From Phoronis australis (lineage: Eukaryota > Animalia > Phoronida), in the NCBI GenBank assembly GCA_002633005.1, contig NMRA01000143.1, forward strand, positions 749,402-813,401: a stretch of 64,000 bases of DNA, written 5' to 3'. Of this stretch, positions 63,228-64,000 are shown one piece after another. The translations under genes and the position numbers were made by a program. The number at the start of each line of letters is the position of its first letter. Within the stretch, counting starts at the first letter, position 1. The notes under the pieces were generated by a model. The model had not been told where the DNA came from. It saw nothing but the letters and a program-made list of their open reading frames with translations, and did no database searches.

Positions 63228-64000
63228 GTACGTAAATCGTTGATTGTGTACTAAGGACTTTCTTTTCAATTAGCTCTAGTTATATTTCCATTGGAAAGTC
63301 TACGATTTTGACAACCAAATTTGCGCTCACTTTGACCGAACTTGAACGAGAGGCCACGTGCATATATTGATGTTATTAAAACTGTGATTCTGAATGTAAA
63401 GACATTACATGAACAAATATTTACAAAAATTTCAGCCTCTGTATTGCCTAATACATGTAGCAATCGTTCTTTGGTCCAGAACATGGATATCTAAGTCATA
63501 TAGTGGCTCAGAGAACGGACCATACTCTCATTCCTTTTGTCGACCGTTACATACTCTTTAGTCGCACCATGTGCGTATACATGTACTTTGTGTAATACGT
63601 GTGACACGGTCAGGTTGGCACTCAGGTGTATTTCCTACACCTTATTAGTAACTAATATTCTCAACTCGCTTTACTAGTGCAAAGACAGATTCTTGTTCAG
63701 TTAGTTGACGCTGAACTACATGTACAAGTACTGGGTAGGCTATTTGGGTAAAGTGCTCACGATATATAAGAATATGTTAGTAGAACTTTGACCACCTACT
63801 GGCGTCCTGTGCATGTAGGTGAATCAAAACGCAGACATGGGTATCAAGACTACGCTACAGTGAGTATACGATAGGTCAGGGGGAAAATGTGTTCTATTGT
63901 GTACTTGCGTCTACGTCCCTCTGCACCGCTACTTTAATAAATGTGAATTGCCGCCGGTGAGTGCGCTCATACCTTCCACTTTCACTGTCTACGAGCATGT

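Larger units (their letters stand above)
62872..63259. mobile_element. 388-bp fold-back element, probably an inverted pair of Penelope-like pLTR/3' ends
   Basis: Two ~190-bp arms pair imperfectly along their whole length around ~63063; each arm has a hammerhead-like motif ~35 nt from its outer end. Confidence 0.7.

Overview
AT-rich, repeat-rich invertebrate (metazoan) genomic DNA; nothing here looks prokaryotic. The main feature is a complete minus-strand HCN/Ih-type hyperpolarization-activated cyclic-nucleotide-gated channel gene with 9 coding exons (38166-39277, 21568-21731, 20472-20630, 18821-19068, 17608-17826, 17017-17163, 15987-16130, 14023-14122, 11467-12293). All its introns are GT-AG, the phases are consistent, and the 3120 nt encode 1039 aa. 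The left edge holds the 5' 359 codons of a minus-strand extracellular LRR protein that the ORF track missed. The rest is MITEs (several with clear 5-bp TSDs), tRNA-derived SINE-like heads, a TTAA-flanked Kolobok-like element with a decayed THAP domain, minisatellites and an assembly gap. The most notable observations are: (1) a 388-bp fold-back element at 62872-63259 whose two arms each carry a minimal type-I hammerhead-ribozyme motif (U3-A8 variant), like an inverted Penelope-type pLTR pair; (2) natural substitutions at HCN gating residues (QWE->QFE with S5 N->H, and S6 FIG->LVA); (3) strong enrichment of TACATGTA. All alignments and counts were done by eye, and reference HCN sequences and numbering are recalled from memory.
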